Shown one piece after another: positions 29,318-38,960 of a stretch of DNA of 56,547 nucleotides. The translations under genes were made by a program, and so were the position numbers. The stretch lies in the sequence record SRR2962707_2394. One strand, written 5' to 3'. The notes below the pieces were generated by a model. That model worked only from the letters and a program-made list of their open reading frames with translations, ran no database searches and had not been told where the DNA came from. Every line of letters begins with the position of its first letter. Position 1 is the stretch's first letter.

Positions 29318-29605
29318 CCACCAAACAAAGGAAGACCGATGCATCCGTATCTTTCATTTAGCGAAGCACTCTCCGAAATCAAAGCTGGCAAGCGCGTTGC
29401 GCGTACCGGCTGGAACGGCAAAGGCCTATGGGTCGAAGCGCAGCGCCCCGACGAAAACTCAAAGATGAACCTCCCTTATGCGTACCTGAACTATCCGGAC
29501 GATGCGCAAAATACTCCCGGCTGCAAGGTTCCATGGGTTCCGTCTCAGACGGATTTGTTTGCCGAAGATTGGGAAGTCATCGAATAACCACCAACCAAAG
29601 GAGAC
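29315..29605 (+). repeat. Direct repeats flanking tad2
   Basis: TAACCACCAAACAAAGGA (29315-29332) vs TAACCACCAACCAAAGGA (29585-29602), 17/18 identical. Confidence 0.85.
29339..29587 (+). CDS. tad2: DUF2829 / Tad2-like nucleotide-signal sponge
   Basis: SFSEAL..IKAGKRVARTGWNGKG...WVPSQTDLFAEDW matches the recalled Tad2 signature. Confidence 0.85.
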   Translation: MHPYLSFSEALSEIKAGKRVARTGWNGKGLWVEAQRPDENSKMNLPYAYLNYPDDAQNTPGCKVPWVPSQTDLFAEDWEVIE

Positions 29606-29842
29606 GCCATGTTTCTCCTGTTCGCAACCGTGATCCTGCCCCGCGTCTGGGTCAGTGATCACTTCGAGGTCGAAGAAATTTCGGCCGGCACTGATCCGCC
29701 AAGCGGATATCGCTGTTCCACATCGCGAGGCAAGGGGCTTCGTCTGATGATTGTGATTGCGAAAAACTTAAACCGGGGCGCCCAGCCTGTTGCAAGCATT
29801 TGGTTGCCCCGGTTTTCCGATCATCCAAGGAAGACAATCATC

Positions 29843-30097
29843 ATGAGCCTGCACGTCGCAAAACCAGAACATGAAGTCACTTATCAAGACTTGACAGCGC
29901 TTGTTTCCAAGAACGCCAGTCAACTGTCCTCGGTCGAGGTTTTAGCGATTGCCGCGAATATGGTTGGCAAGTTGATCGCGATGCAGGACCAGCGCGAGGT
30001 TACACCTCAGATGGCTATGGAGATCGTCGCCAGAAACATCGAGTACGGCAACCAGCAGGTGCTTGGTCAACTGAACAACACAGCAGGGAATGTATAG
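29843..30097 (+). CDS. Hypothetical protein (in-frame upstream ATG at 29609 also has an RBS)
   Basis: AAGGA RBS; helical 84-aa product. Confidence 0.6.
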   Translation: MSLHVAKPEHEVTYQDLTALVSKNASQLSSVEVLAIAANMVGKLIAMQDQREVTPQMAMEIVARNIEYGNQQVLGQLNNTAGNV

Positions 30098-30374
30098 CGG
30101 TTCATTTCGCTAATTACTCCTGAACAACCCCGTTACCCAGCTTGAAGGCAGGGTCGGGGTTTTGGGCTACCAAGTCCCGGTCAACGGGCCTGAGTTTGTT
30201 GGACACAGAAACGCGAACCAAAGGAGGACCACGATGAAACAGGCGGATTAAAGCCCGCCAAAACTCTCCGAAAGAACGAGCCAATACCCCGCACCGGGGC
30301 CTTCCCCACTGTACCCCGCAGTCGCCCCGGTGCCCCCCCCCTTTAAACAGACCAGACAACACCGAGGAAAAAGA

Positions 30375-30863
30375 ATGTCAGAAACGCATGAACCCATCGG
30401 CGAGGTTGAGATCGGCGAGATCGCTGAAAACCTCAAGGGTGACTACATCACCGCCATTTGTGACCGCTTCCGTCACGCGCCTAAGACTTGGCAGGAAATG
30501 AGCGAAGACGAACAGAAGACCTATATCGCCGGTCTGTCTGAACATACTGAAAACCTGATCCGCCAGGTCGTCCGCACGATTGCCCGCAACGGTCGTACAG
30601 TGATCGAAGCACGTCTTGAAAAAGTCACGGTTAAGGACGGCATCAAAGGCGAAATCAGCGTCAGCCAGTTTAACCCGGATCGTCACGAGCTGTTCGATTC
30701 AGTCGGCGACGCCATCATGATCGTCGTTGCCAGCTCTGCCGAAGACTTCGAAGGCGGCGACATCCCCCAGCCTGAACCAGACCAGCGAGATATGCTTGAC
30801 GCTGCCGGTTCCGATCTTGGCGACGAACAAGTCGAATTTCCAGACGAAGGCGAGGCGGCTTAA
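30375..30863 (+). CDS. Phage hypothetical protein
   Basis: GAGG RBS; acidic tail. Confidence 0.75.
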   Translation: MSETHEPIGEVEIGEIAENLKGDYITAICDRFRHAPKTWQEMSEDEQKTYIAGLSEHTENLIRQVVRTIARNGRTVIEARLEKVTVKDGIKGEISVSQFNPDRHELFDSVGDAIMIVVASSAEDFEGGDIPQPEPDQRDMLDAAGSDLGDEQVEFPDEGEAA

Positions 30864-30865
30864 TC

Positions 30866-31234
30866 ATGACAAACGAGGTCCGGCTGATTGTCTATGGCGA
30901 ACCGGCATCAAAAGCCAATAGTCGCAAGATCGTCAAATTTGGCAATCGACCGGCCTCGATTAAGTCCGACAAAGCGCGGGCTTTTGAGGCATCGGTCAAG
31001 CAACAGGTCCAAGAGTTGCCCCGACTGATGACCGAGAAGCTGGTTGCGTTCATTCGCATCTATTACGCGAGCGAGCGCCCGGACCTTGATGAAAGCATCA
31101 TTCTGGATGCCCTGCAGGGGCTGATCTACGCCAATGATCGGCAAGTGCGCGAGAAGCATGTTTACCACGACATTGACCGCCAAAACCCAAGGTTCGAGAT
31201 CGTGCTGCGCCCTTTGGTGAAAGGATTGATCTGA
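30866..31234 (+). CDS. rusA: RusA-like Holliday junction resolvase
   Basis: GEPASKANSR, RPDLD, DALQG..YANDRQV. Confidence 0.85.
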   Translation: MTNEVRLIVYGEPASKANSRKIVKFGNRPASIKSDKARAFEASVKQQVQELPRLMTEKLVAFIRIYYASERPDLDESIILDALQGLIYANDRQVREKHVYHDIDRQNPRFEIVLRPLVKGLI

Positions 31235-31305
31235 CCTTCTCCAAGCGGGTTCGCCCGTTTCGACAAGGCCGATTTCCATCCAAGAGCAGCAAGGGGAGCA
31301 GACCC

Positions 31306-31746
31306 ATGGAAGCTCAGACAGATATCGCGGAACTGCAAAAGGCCCATCTGGCGGCAACCGGAGAGGTCAAGGCAGCGAAGCGCAAGAAGGACGGTACGAT
31401 TTCGTCAAAGACGGCTGATGCACGGGAAACAACGTTTCAGCTTCTGAAGGCCGAAGTCGATGCCGGTTATGTGCATCCGGTTCCCAGACCAACACCAGCC
31501 GATCACAAGACCGCTGCGGAATCCTATCAGGAAGCCGACGACACCCTGAAATGGCTGCAGGACAACAAGGACAAGGTGCAGCGCCTGATCGCGGAGCGGT
31601 CCAGTTGGCGCGGCGCCCTGTGTGCGGCGATGAACGCGGTGCCAGGTGCATTCAGCATCGAGTTCTGTCAGCGCCAGATCAAGCGCATCTCTGACACCAT
31701 TATCAAAACACGTAACGCGCTTTTGCTGCGCGATTTGCATCTTTAG
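31306..31746 (+). CDS. Hypothetical protein
   Basis: GGAG RBS. Confidence 0.65.
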   Translation: MEAQTDIAELQKAHLAATGEVKAAKRKKDGTISSKTADARETTFQLLKAEVDAGYVHPVPRPTPADHKTAAESYQEADDTLKWLQDNKDKVQRLIAERSSWRGALCAAMNAVPGAFSIEFCQRQIKRISDTIIKTRNALLLRDLHL

Positions 31747-31757
31747 GAGCAGGGCAG

Positions 31758-31958
31758 ATGTCCAATCAATCAACCGTATCAGTCACCATAAAACTGACCT
31801 GCGCCGAAGCAGATCACATCAATCAGAACATGGTTCGCAAAAGCCCCGCGGGGTGTGTTTCGCTTGCCGAGGTCTGTGAGTCCTGCGTGGCGGAAATGGT
31901 CGCTTCCGATATTGAAGCCCATAACATCGAAGCCGCTGCCCGTGCGGTAGGGGCGTGA
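31758..31958 (+). CDS. Hypothetical protein
   Basis: AGGAG RBS. Confidence 0.55.
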   Translation: MSNQSTVSVTIKLTCAEADHINQNMVRKSPAGCVSLAEVCESCVAEMVASDIEAHNIEAAARAVGA

Positions 31959-31962
31959 TCCG

Positions 31963-32565
31963 ATGGCTGCACCACTTTTCACCGAAGCCGAAAAAACCGA
32001 GTTCACTGCAATAGCGCGGGCCGGTATCGAAGCCGATAAAACACCGGCCATGATCCGCTGCGAGTTATCCGAGCGGTTTGGCATTGGTAATCTCAAGGTC
32101 GGTAACGTACTGACGCGTTTAGGGATCAAGCTGTTTGAAACCAGAGAAGGTTTGCGCGGTGCCCGCGACATCGATCAGGCCGTTGAAAAAGCCGTTGTCG
32201 AACGCGCCAAGGAACTGATTGCGCAGGGTACGGGCCTTCTGCGGGTCCGGGCGATGCTGTCCATCGAGTTCAATCTCTATGAGATTTCTGTATCAACCAT
32301 CTGTCTGCGTGTTGGTGCGCTGGATCTTCGCGCCAGTCCGAACGGGTTCACACTCAAGCCTGATCCATGTGTCGAGCCGGACATCGACGAGAAGAAGGAA
32401 CGGGCGCAGGCCGATTACAACCCCGATGACGACAAGATACTCAAGGCCGCGCAGGAACTTCGCGCCATGAAGATCGATGCCCACAGAAGAAACGGGCAGT
32501 GGTTCCTTGAAGGGCGTCCGGTCAATTGCGTTCAGGTCATGATCCGTGCCGGGATGGTGTGCTGA
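31963..32565 (+). CDS. Hypothetical protein
   Basis: Operon context; 200 aa. Confidence 0.65.
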   Translation: MAAPLFTEAEKTEFTAIARAGIEADKTPAMIRCELSERFGIGNLKVGNVLTRLGIKLFETREGLRGARDIDQAVEKAVVERAKELIAQGTGLLRVRAMLSIEFNLYEISVSTICLRVGALDLRASPNGFTLKPDPCVEPDIDEKKERAQADYNPDDDKILKAAQELRAMKIDAHRRNGQWFLEGRPVNCVQVMIRAGMVC

Positions 32566-32566
32566 T

Positions 32567-32974
32567 ATGGGGTATGTCTCAAAAGTTATGCCGCCCTATG
32601 CCGTCAGGGACTGGTGTGCCCAAATGCGCAAGTACGGTCATTTCAGGATAGATGCCGAGATCGCCCATTTCACAGGCTTGACCGAGTCACAGTTGGCTTC
32701 AATCAAATATCAAGGTGCCGGGGTCGGCACCCGAGATAAATGCATAGCCGCGCTGGGCCGTGTTCGCCCCGCTGAGGCAGAAACGAAGTCTGAACCGAAG
32801 CCTGAGCCAAAAGTAGCCGAAGTACCGGAAGTCGATCCCAGAGGCCCGCACGGCGAGGTAATGCGCCTGATCATGATGTATCGATCATTGCCGCATGACG
32901 AGCGCACCCTTGGCCGTGCTGCCACGCAGGAAGAACGCGCCGAGTTTCTTCGCAGACAGAAGCGGGGCGGGTGA
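32567..32974 (+). CDS. Hypothetical protein
   Basis: Coupled to the MTase gene. Confidence 0.6.
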   Translation: MGYVSKVMPPYAVRDWCAQMRKYGHFRIDAEIAHFTGLTESQLASIKYQGAGVGTRDKCIAALGRVRPAEAETKSEPKPEPKVAEVPEVDPRGPHGEVMRLIMMYRSLPHDERTLGRAATQEERAEFLRRQKRGG

Positions 32975-34086
32975 TGTCCGTCAAAATTATCGTCGCAAAC
33001 TCCCTCACTGCGCTGAAACAGATGCCAGATCAGTCGGTTCATACCTGTGTGACCAGCCCGCCGTATTACGGTCTGCGTGACTATGGATGTGATGGCCAGA
33101 TCGGGCTGGAAGCCACACCTGCCGAGTTTATACAGAATGTGGTTGAGGTATTCCGTGAGGCACGCCGCGTTCTGCGCGATGACGGAACTGTCTGGATCAA
33201 TATGGGTGATAGCTACGGCGCACCTGGCGGCGATATCTTTACCGGTTTCAATGAGCGATATCATGGTTTGAGTACCGGGAAACAAGACAGGATTGGTGAC
33301 AATGCCAAATCTGCGACGGCCAAAGGTGCCTATCGCAACACCCGCAAGAAGAACCTTCTTGGTATGCCATGGCGTCTCGCGTTCGCCCTGCAGGATGATG
33401 GCTGGTATTTACGTCAGGATATTATCTGGTCAAAACCAAATCCGATGCCGGAATCGGTTACGGATCGCTGCACCAAGTCGCATGAATATATCTTTCTGCT
33501 GACCAAGCAGGATAGATATTATTTTGACCATGACGCGATCAAGGATGACGCCAACCTGACCGGTAAAGGGAATGCCAATTCTTTCCGGGGCGTCGCCTAT
33601 ATTGGTGGGGCAACCTTCGATAATTCTGAAGGTGGAAAGCGAACGGTTTCAGGTAACGTTCAGCCGCGTGGATCTCGCAACAGCTTCAAGCGCGAAGGGT
33701 CAAAACGCGCTGTCGCCCATGTCGGGCAGAATGTGGGCACACATCGCCCGGATCGTGATGACGGTCAGTGGGATATCGCGAAACGCAACAAGCGCAGTGT
33801 CTGGACTGTGGCAACGCAGGGCTTCAAAGAAGCCCATTGCGCGACATATCCGCCAGCCCTGATCGAACCTTGCATCCTTGCCGGATGCCCCGAGGGCGGC
33901 ACCGTGCTTGATCCATTTGGCGGAGCAGGCACCACGGCGCTTGTTGCGGATCGCCTCAAGCGCAATGCCATCCTGATCGAACTCAATCCTGAATATGCTG
34001 ATATCGCCGTAAACCGCATCAAGGATGATGCCGGGATGTTGCTGGATATCGAAGTCGTCAATGGCGTATCGGAGGCGGCTGAATAA
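32971..34086 (+). CDS. Beta-class amino (N4-C/N6-A) DNA methyltransferase
   Basis: TSPPY motif IV before VLDPFGGAGTT motif I. Confidence 0.92.
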   Translation: MMSVKIIVANSLTALKQMPDQSVHTCVTSPPYYGLRDYGCDGQIGLEATPAEFIQNVVEVFREARRVLRDDGTVWINMGDSYGAPGGDIFTGFNERYHGLSTGKQDRIGDNAKSATAKGAYRNTRKKNLLGMPWRLAFALQDDGWYLRQDIIWSKPNPMPESVTDRCTKSHEYIFLLTKQDRYYFDHDAIKDDANLTGKGNANSFRGVAYIGGATFDNSEGGKRTVSGNVQPRGSRNSFKREGSKRAVAHVGQNVGTHRPDRDDGQWDIAKRNKRSVWTVATQGFKEAHCATYPPALIEPCILAGCPEGGTVLDPFGGAGTTALVADRLKRNAILIELNPEYADIAVNRIKDDAGMLLDIEVVNGVSEAAE

Positions 34087-34907
34087 TGAGCGCACAGGGC
34101 TGGATCAAACTGCATCGCAAGATGATTGAATGGGAATGGTACGACGATCACAACGTCTGCCGGTTGTTCATTCACATCCTGTTGAAGTGCCACCGTAAAG
34201 AGAAACGGTATCGCGGAACGGCAATTCCTGCTGGCAGCTTAATCACCGGTCGCAAGAAATTGGCAGTCGAAACAGGCCTGTCCGAAAGACAGATCAGAAC
34301 AGCACTCGACAAACTAAAATCGACCAACGATGTGACCATCGAAGCAACCACAGAATATTCAATAATTTCAGTAGTTAACTGGATCGACCATCAGCGCACC
34401 GACCAGCAAGATGACCAACAAACGACCAGCGGGATGACCAACGAGCGACCAGCGAGCGACCAACGAGCGACCACAATACAAGAAGGTAAAGAAGATAAAG
34501 AAGGAAAGAAGAAAGACTCTGTTGTTGTTTCGCGCGCGGATGAAAATCCGAAAAACCTTTTCGAAGAAGTCACCGAACTTCTGAAGATCGATACCGCCAA
34601 GAACCAGAACTGGTTCATCAGAGCAGACATCATCACCGAACTCGAACAGACCTATGGCCGGGATACCGTTCTCGAAGCCGCAGGTCAGGTCAGCAGGGCA
34701 GGCAAGAAGGTTTCATCGCCTGCCTATCTCCGTTCGGTCTGTCAAACCATCGTCGAAGCAAAACAGCCTGTACCGTCAGGCACGGGGTCGCCCACATCGG
34801 GACCGTCCGATGAAACCCCGGAACAAACCCTTGCCCGACTGAGGGCCAAAGGGCTGATCGAAGATGATCCCGTCGAAGAAAACGAACAGGAGGCCTGTCA
34901 TGGCTGA
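34086..34907 (+). CDS. Phage replication initiator
   Basis: GWIKLHRK N-terminus, winged HTH (LAVETGLSERQIRTALDKL), internal iterons. Confidence 0.85.
   Translation: MSAQGWIKLHRKMIEWEWYDDHNVCRLFIHILLKCHRKEKRYRGTAIPAGSLITGRKKLAVETGLSERQIRTALDKLKSTNDVTIEATTEYSIISVVNWIDHQRTDQQDDQQTTSGMTNERPASDQRATTIQEGKEDKEGKKKDSVVVSRADENPKNLFEEVTELLKIDTAKNQNWFIRADIITELEQTYGRDTVLEAAGQVSRAGKKVSSPAYLRSVCQTIVEAKQPVPSGTGSPTSGPSDETPEQTLARLRAKGLIEDDPVEENEQEACHG
34400..34476 (+). repeat. Iteron-like ~11-bp tandem repeats (probable phage origin)
   Basis: Seven YGACCA-initiated units, e.g. TGACCAACGAG CGACCAGCGAG CGACCAACGAG. Confidence 0.75.
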
Positions 34908-35382
34908 ATACGAAACGATCATATCTGTGATCGCTGCATGGGAAGGTGTTCATCGCAAAAAATACACCGACGAGGAAAAGGCCCGGATCCTGAATGCGCT
35001 GCGCAAGGCCGAGGAAATCGATGTCAAAGCCGCAGAAGAACCGCTGTGTCTTGGTCGGTTCCTTCCGAAATACGGCGAGGTCATTGCGGCTGTCGATCAG
35101 GCCAAAGCCAAGCGCATCGGGGAAGTGAATGTTGATAGCACATTCGATACGGGACCGGGGCCCGCTGATCAGAACCTTGCGCGGATACGCAAAAGGATCG
35201 GGCCTGTGCGGTTCAAGTCTTGGTTCGGTGGCGCTGCTGTTCGGGTCGATGACAAGCATGCCTATCTCACAATGCCAGGACGTGCCGCAATGGATTGGGT
35301 GAAGCGCGATATGACGCCAGAAATCGCGGCTGCTCTTGGTGTCGATCATGTTCATGTGGATGTGAAAGGCACCAACCGATGA
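34900..35382 (+). CDS. Replication accessory protein with DnaA-N-like C-terminus
   Basis: IGPVRFKSWF...AAMDWV. Confidence 0.55.
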   Translation: MAEYETIISVIAAWEGVHRKKYTDEEKARILNALRKAEEIDVKAAEEPLCLGRFLPKYGEVIAAVDQAKAKRIGEVNVDSTFDTGPGPADQNLARIRKRIGPVRFKSWFGGAAVRVDDKHAYLTMPGRAAMDWVKRDMTPEIAAALGVDHVHVDVKGTNR

Positions 35383-35744
35383 CCAAACCCGAGCAAAATA
35401 ACCCCATGGGGGCTGAGATAACCGGAGGATGTGTGATGAAAGTTGCGATGACACCAGAACAATGGTCGGAGCGAATTGGCAAGAAAGCCAACCAGATCAA
35501 GTGGTGTGTCCATATCGTTGGGCCTGATGATATCTATGCAATGCCCAGCTATGAAGCTGCTGTTGAAATGGCCGGTCGCTGTAACCGTGACATCGTTGCG
35601 CATGACTTCGAAAAGCTATTCGACATCATCTGCTTTGCTGTTGCGGAACCATACACCGGACCAGATCACGGCACTGCCCTTGATAACGAGCTTGCCGAGC
35701 AATGGATCGCGGAACAGAAAGGAACCCAAAATGACCAAAGCTGA
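35379..35744 (+). CDS. Hypothetical protein
   Basis: ATGA coupling; alternative start 35436. Confidence 0.6.
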   Translation: MTKPEQNNPMGAEITGGCVMKVAMTPEQWSERIGKKANQIKWCVHIVGPDDIYAMPSYEAAVEMAGRCNRDIVAHDFEKLFDIICFAVAEPYTGPDHGTALDNELAEQWIAEQKGTQNDQS

Positions 35745-36390
35745 TGACGCAGTGAAGCGTGTGAAAGACTTTCTGTCCGAGTATGACGAAGCAGGTTTCG
35801 GGCGCGATGATGCAATCGCAAACATTGTTGGTGGTGGCGAGAAGGCTGCTTTGTTGTCGTCTGACATCCGCACCATCCTTGCCGAGCTTGGGAGCAAGAC
35901 AGATTTGCTCGACCTCGCCAATGAAACTATTGACGGTCTGCGAAGCAAAACCAAAGCCGAAGCCGCCGAGATGGAAAATCTGAAAGACCATCTTGCCGAA
36001 TCACGTTTACGGGCCGCCGACTTCAGAAGCGAGTGCATCGACAAAACCGCCGAGATCGAGCGGTTGCGACTTGAACGAGATACCGCGTTGTCACGCGCTG
36101 ATGTTGCGGAGGCGCAAGTCAAGGCGTGGAACGATGCTGTTTACGTCGAAGGGCTACCAATGCGGTTCGTCCCAGAGACGGATTTCGGGGCAGAAGTTCC
36201 ACCAATCCCAAGCGTCACAACAAAACGCGTCACGGAACTGCTTGATGAAAATAAGCGATTGCGGGGTGCGCTTGACGGTACGCTGAAAGAGTACGTTCAG
36301 CTTGCGGTTTCTGGCGACTGCGGAAACTGGGACCCGGAAGAAGAGCCGCACGTCATCAAGTCTCGCGAAGCCCTGAAAGGAGAGGCGTGA
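35731..36390 (+). CDS. Coiled-coil hypothetical protein
   Basis: AAGGA RBS. Confidence 0.65.
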   Translation: MTKADDAVKRVKDFLSEYDEAGFGRDDAIANIVGGGEKAALLSSDIRTILAELGSKTDLLDLANETIDGLRSKTKAEAAEMENLKDHLAESRLRAADFRSECIDKTAEIERLRLERDTALSRADVAEAQVKAWNDAVYVEGLPMRFVPETDFGAEVPPIPSVTTKRVTELLDENKRLRGALDGTLKEYVQLAVSGDCGNWDPEEEPHVIKSREALKGEA

Positions 36391-36494
36391 TGATAGGAGA
36401 TTGGCAGTTTGGGATCATAGCGGCATGGGTTTCTGTGATCGGTTTGGTTTGCGCCGGTGACAAGGTCATTTGCTTCTTTACGGGAGGGTGTTGA
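36390..36494 (+). CDS. Small membrane peptide (34 aa)
   Basis: TGATG overlap, GGAG RBS; MIGDWQFGIIAAWVSVIGLVC... Confidence 0.4.
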   Translation: MIGDWQFGIIAAWVSVIGLVCAGDKVICFFTGGC

Positions 36495-36495
36495 T

Positions 36496-36741
36496 ATGAG
36501 CGCGTCACACCACATGGACCACTCAAACCAGAGCGAATTTGATTTGGCTCGGCTTGACTTGATGGCATTCGGGGAAGCTGCAATCGAGATTGTAGATGGT
36601 AACGCGTATCATCATCCAATCATGATTTTCGATGAAGCAACTGATGTTGACCCGTCGATCTGGAACCATACCGGCAACTGCCTACGCGCCAGCAATCCCC
36701 GCGTTGTTGTCTGCCACTGTGCGCAATGTGGGGGGAAGTGA
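36496..36741 (+). CDS. Hypothetical protein
   Basis: GGAGG RBS. Confidence 0.5.
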   Translation: MSASHHMDHSNQSEFDLARLDLMAFGEAAIEIVDGNAYHHPIMIFDEATDVDPSIWNHTGNCLRASNPRVVVCHCAQCGGK

Positions 36742-37166
36742 TGCTTACTGACAACAGTCCTCAATCAGCGAAAACGGCACGGATGAGAAAGATGCTGGAA
36801 CGGGCGTCGAAGCGAAACCTAACCGCAGATGAAATTCAGAAGCAGAAAGCTTCGTTTGTTTGGGGGCAGCTTCCAGACGATCACCCGATGAGCAAAGCTG
36901 ACGTTGAAGCGCATTTATCCGGCTTTGCACCATACACGCCGGTCACAGTCTCGCAGCACACGTTTCCGTATCAGGAGCCGGATCGTGATGGCGGGACAGC
37001 CAGCAATCCGGTTGAAGGATCAATCATCGAAATGCAGGAAGCGGCAAGCTTTCACGGTCATCTGCCTTTTGAGCACAAGCCACCTCAAACAGGAAAGCGC
37101 AAGGACGGCTTCAACCCCTTCGGCTCAGGGCCGGAGCCTATCGGGCGGAGGGAAGGCCATGAGTGA
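36741..37166 (+). CDS. Hypothetical protein
   Basis: TGATG coupling. Confidence 0.55.
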   Translation: MLTDNSPQSAKTARMRKMLERASKRNLTADEIQKQKASFVWGQLPDDHPMSKADVEAHLSGFAPYTPVTVSQHTFPYQEPDRDGGTASNPVEGSIIEMQEAASFHGHLPFEHKPPQTGKRKDGFNPFGSGPEPIGRREGHE

Positions 37167-37326
37167 TTTCTTTCTCGGCGCGGTCTGGATGATCGCAATC
37201 ATCGCAGCACTCTGGTTGGGCTTCGAGAACTGGGGCGAAGGTGGAGGCTGGGCGATATTCGTGGCGGTCCTCTTGGCGCTAAAGGACAGCTTAAATCTAA
37301 AGTTCAAGTCGTCGGAAACTGATTGA
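37159..37326 (+). CDS. Small two-helix membrane protein
   Basis: MSDFFLGAVWMIAIIAALW...WAIFVAVLLAL. Confidence 0.55.
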   Translation: MSDFFLGAVWMIAIIAALWLGFENWGEGGGWAIFVAVLLALKDSLNLKFKSSETD

Positions 37327-38195
37327 GCAGAACAGCAACAGAGCGGATCAGAGCAGCAATGACCGAGCAGACATCAAACGAAATGGCGTGTTATCCGGTG
37401 CCTCATGATCTTGGGCCCGGATTTTCAGTGCAGGAATGCGGCTATGGCGACCTGTTGTTTCGGGTCACGCATAAACCGTCGGGTAAATGGACGCAGGCCG
37501 GATCCGTCGAGGAAGCCGTTGACAAGTTTGCTGGCCACGTCACAGGAACGCGGATCGAGCATGTTGTTAAAAACGGCAACATGTTCAACGTCGAGCGCGG
37601 CGAAGACGGCAAGGTCAGGCGCAAATTCCGCGTTGTCGAGATCGATCTTGATCAGAGCAAGGCCACGGAACAGGTCAAGTCCAAGGTCCGCACCGAAGTC
37701 AAGACGGAACAGGGCAAGAAGACCGGTGTTGAGGTCGTCGAGGAAGCGGTTTGCGCTAGGCGCAAACAGGATGACCGCTTGTTCGATGCGCTTGAACGCC
37801 ATCCGAAGCCGTTGATCCGGGCTTTTGAGATGATTGAGTTCGGGTTCACGTTGGCAACATCCGACGTGCAGAACACGATTGCGCGATATGGCGACAAGCT
37901 GACTGAATCTGCAGGCGAACCGCCAAGCCAAGAATGGTTTATCGATGTCGAACGCAGCTACCTGCAATGGGCAGACGAGATCATCGCCAACCACGGCGGG
38001 AACGATGCCTATCTCAGAGCGATCGATATCATCGTGTTTGGATTGAGTTGCCGCCAGACCGATGCGAAGTGGCGTAAGGCCGATACCAAGTTGCACACCT
38101 CGAACGGATCATCGATGAAACACCTGATGAACATGCTTGAGGTCTACTGCGATATGATGCACCGTAACAGGCAACCGGGATGGGGAGCGCAGTGA
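37323..38195 (+). CDS. Putative late regulator/antiterminator
   Basis: Position upstream of late genes; C-terminal HTH-like segment; function inferred. Confidence 0.4.
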   Translation: MSRTATERIRAAMTEQTSNEMACYPVPHDLGPGFSVQECGYGDLLFRVTHKPSGKWTQAGSVEEAVDKFAGHVTGTRIEHVVKNGNMFNVERGEDGKVRRKFRVVEIDLDQSKATEQVKSKVRTEVKTEQGKKTGVEVVEEAVCARRKQDDRLFDALERHPKPLIRAFEMIEFGFTLATSDVQNTIARYGDKLTESAGEPPSQEWFIDVERSYLQWADEIIANHGGNDAYLRAIDIIVFGLSCRQTDAKWRKADTKLHTSNGSSMKHLMNMLEVYCDMMHRNRQPGWGAQ

Positions 38196-38734
38196 TGAAA
38201 CGTGGAACGGACTATTCACCCAAGATAAGCCCAGAGGTTGCTGAGAAGCGCGGTCGTCTATTCCCGCTTTTTCATGACGACTTGTATCGGAAAAGGTTTC
38301 AGGCAGTTAATGTCAGCATCAATTCTGACGGCAGCGTTTCAGGGTTGCCCAACGTGAACCAAACCATCGCAGACAGCCACAAGATCGACATCCCTTGGTG
38401 CGATCCCGACAATGGCAACAATGGCCTTAAGACGGAGATAGATGGGCCAGACGAGGCATGCCGCGATGCCCGTGCGCAGTTTCTGGATGAGGCTGGCGGC
38501 GCGTGGAGCGGTGGAGCCGAAAAGCTGGATCAGGTGCTCGAAGATATGGTAAGCGGACGAGGACGGGTTGCTGAGCCGTCAAAACCTCATGTCAACGCAT
38601 CATATGATCCAGACGTGGATAAGATCGCAGTTAAAGTCGGGCAAGTGATGAGCTATATGATCGATCTTCAGGAAAAGGCAGTCAGGCAAGCCCTTATCGC
38701 TGCGGGGTGGACGCCGCCAGGGGGAGAGGGGTGA
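38195..38734 (+). CDS. Hypothetical protein
   Basis: TGATG coupling. Confidence 0.6.
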   Translation: MKRGTDYSPKISPEVAEKRGRLFPLFHDDLYRKRFQAVNVSINSDGSVSGLPNVNQTIADSHKIDIPWCDPDNGNNGLKTEIDGPDEACRDARAQFLDEAGGAWSGGAEKLDQVLEDMVSGRGRVAEPSKPHVNASYDPDVDKIAVKVGQVMSYMIDLQEKAVRQALIAAGWTPPGGEG

Positions 38735-38949
38735 TGCAAGAGGGGTGGCAACCAATAGAGACAGCGCCACGGGACGGTAGTCAGGTGGATTTGCGCGGCA
38801 GGGTTGGAAGATTTAATCATGAAATGAAGGGTATGCGATGGGATATCCGGTGTGGGTATTGGCTGAGTCTTGGCCGAGAAAAAAGAGCATGGCTCCCTGA
38901 TCTTAAGGGGCGAGAGGGCCCGACTGAATGGCGCCCACACATCCACTGA
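38734..38949 (+). CDS. WQPIETAP-motif (DUF551-like) phage protein
   Basis: GWQPIETAPRDG...PTEWRP. Confidence 0.7.
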   Translation: MQEGWQPIETAPRDGSQVDLRGRVGRFNHEMKGMRWDIRCGYWLSLGREKRAWLPDLKGREGPTEWRPHIH

Positions 38950-38960
38950 GGTCAGATCAA

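Noticed and set aside
34400-34476. CRISPR array
   Set aside because: Short tandem units without spacers, inside a CDS. The Cas4-like nuclease at 22919 sits in a RecT module and no other cas genes are seen.
28721-37370. Recurrent GAGCAG(A) motifs near 28723-28750, 31284-31303 and 37325-37366
   Set aside because: Short, irregular and partly RBS-like; cannot be separated from chance by eye.
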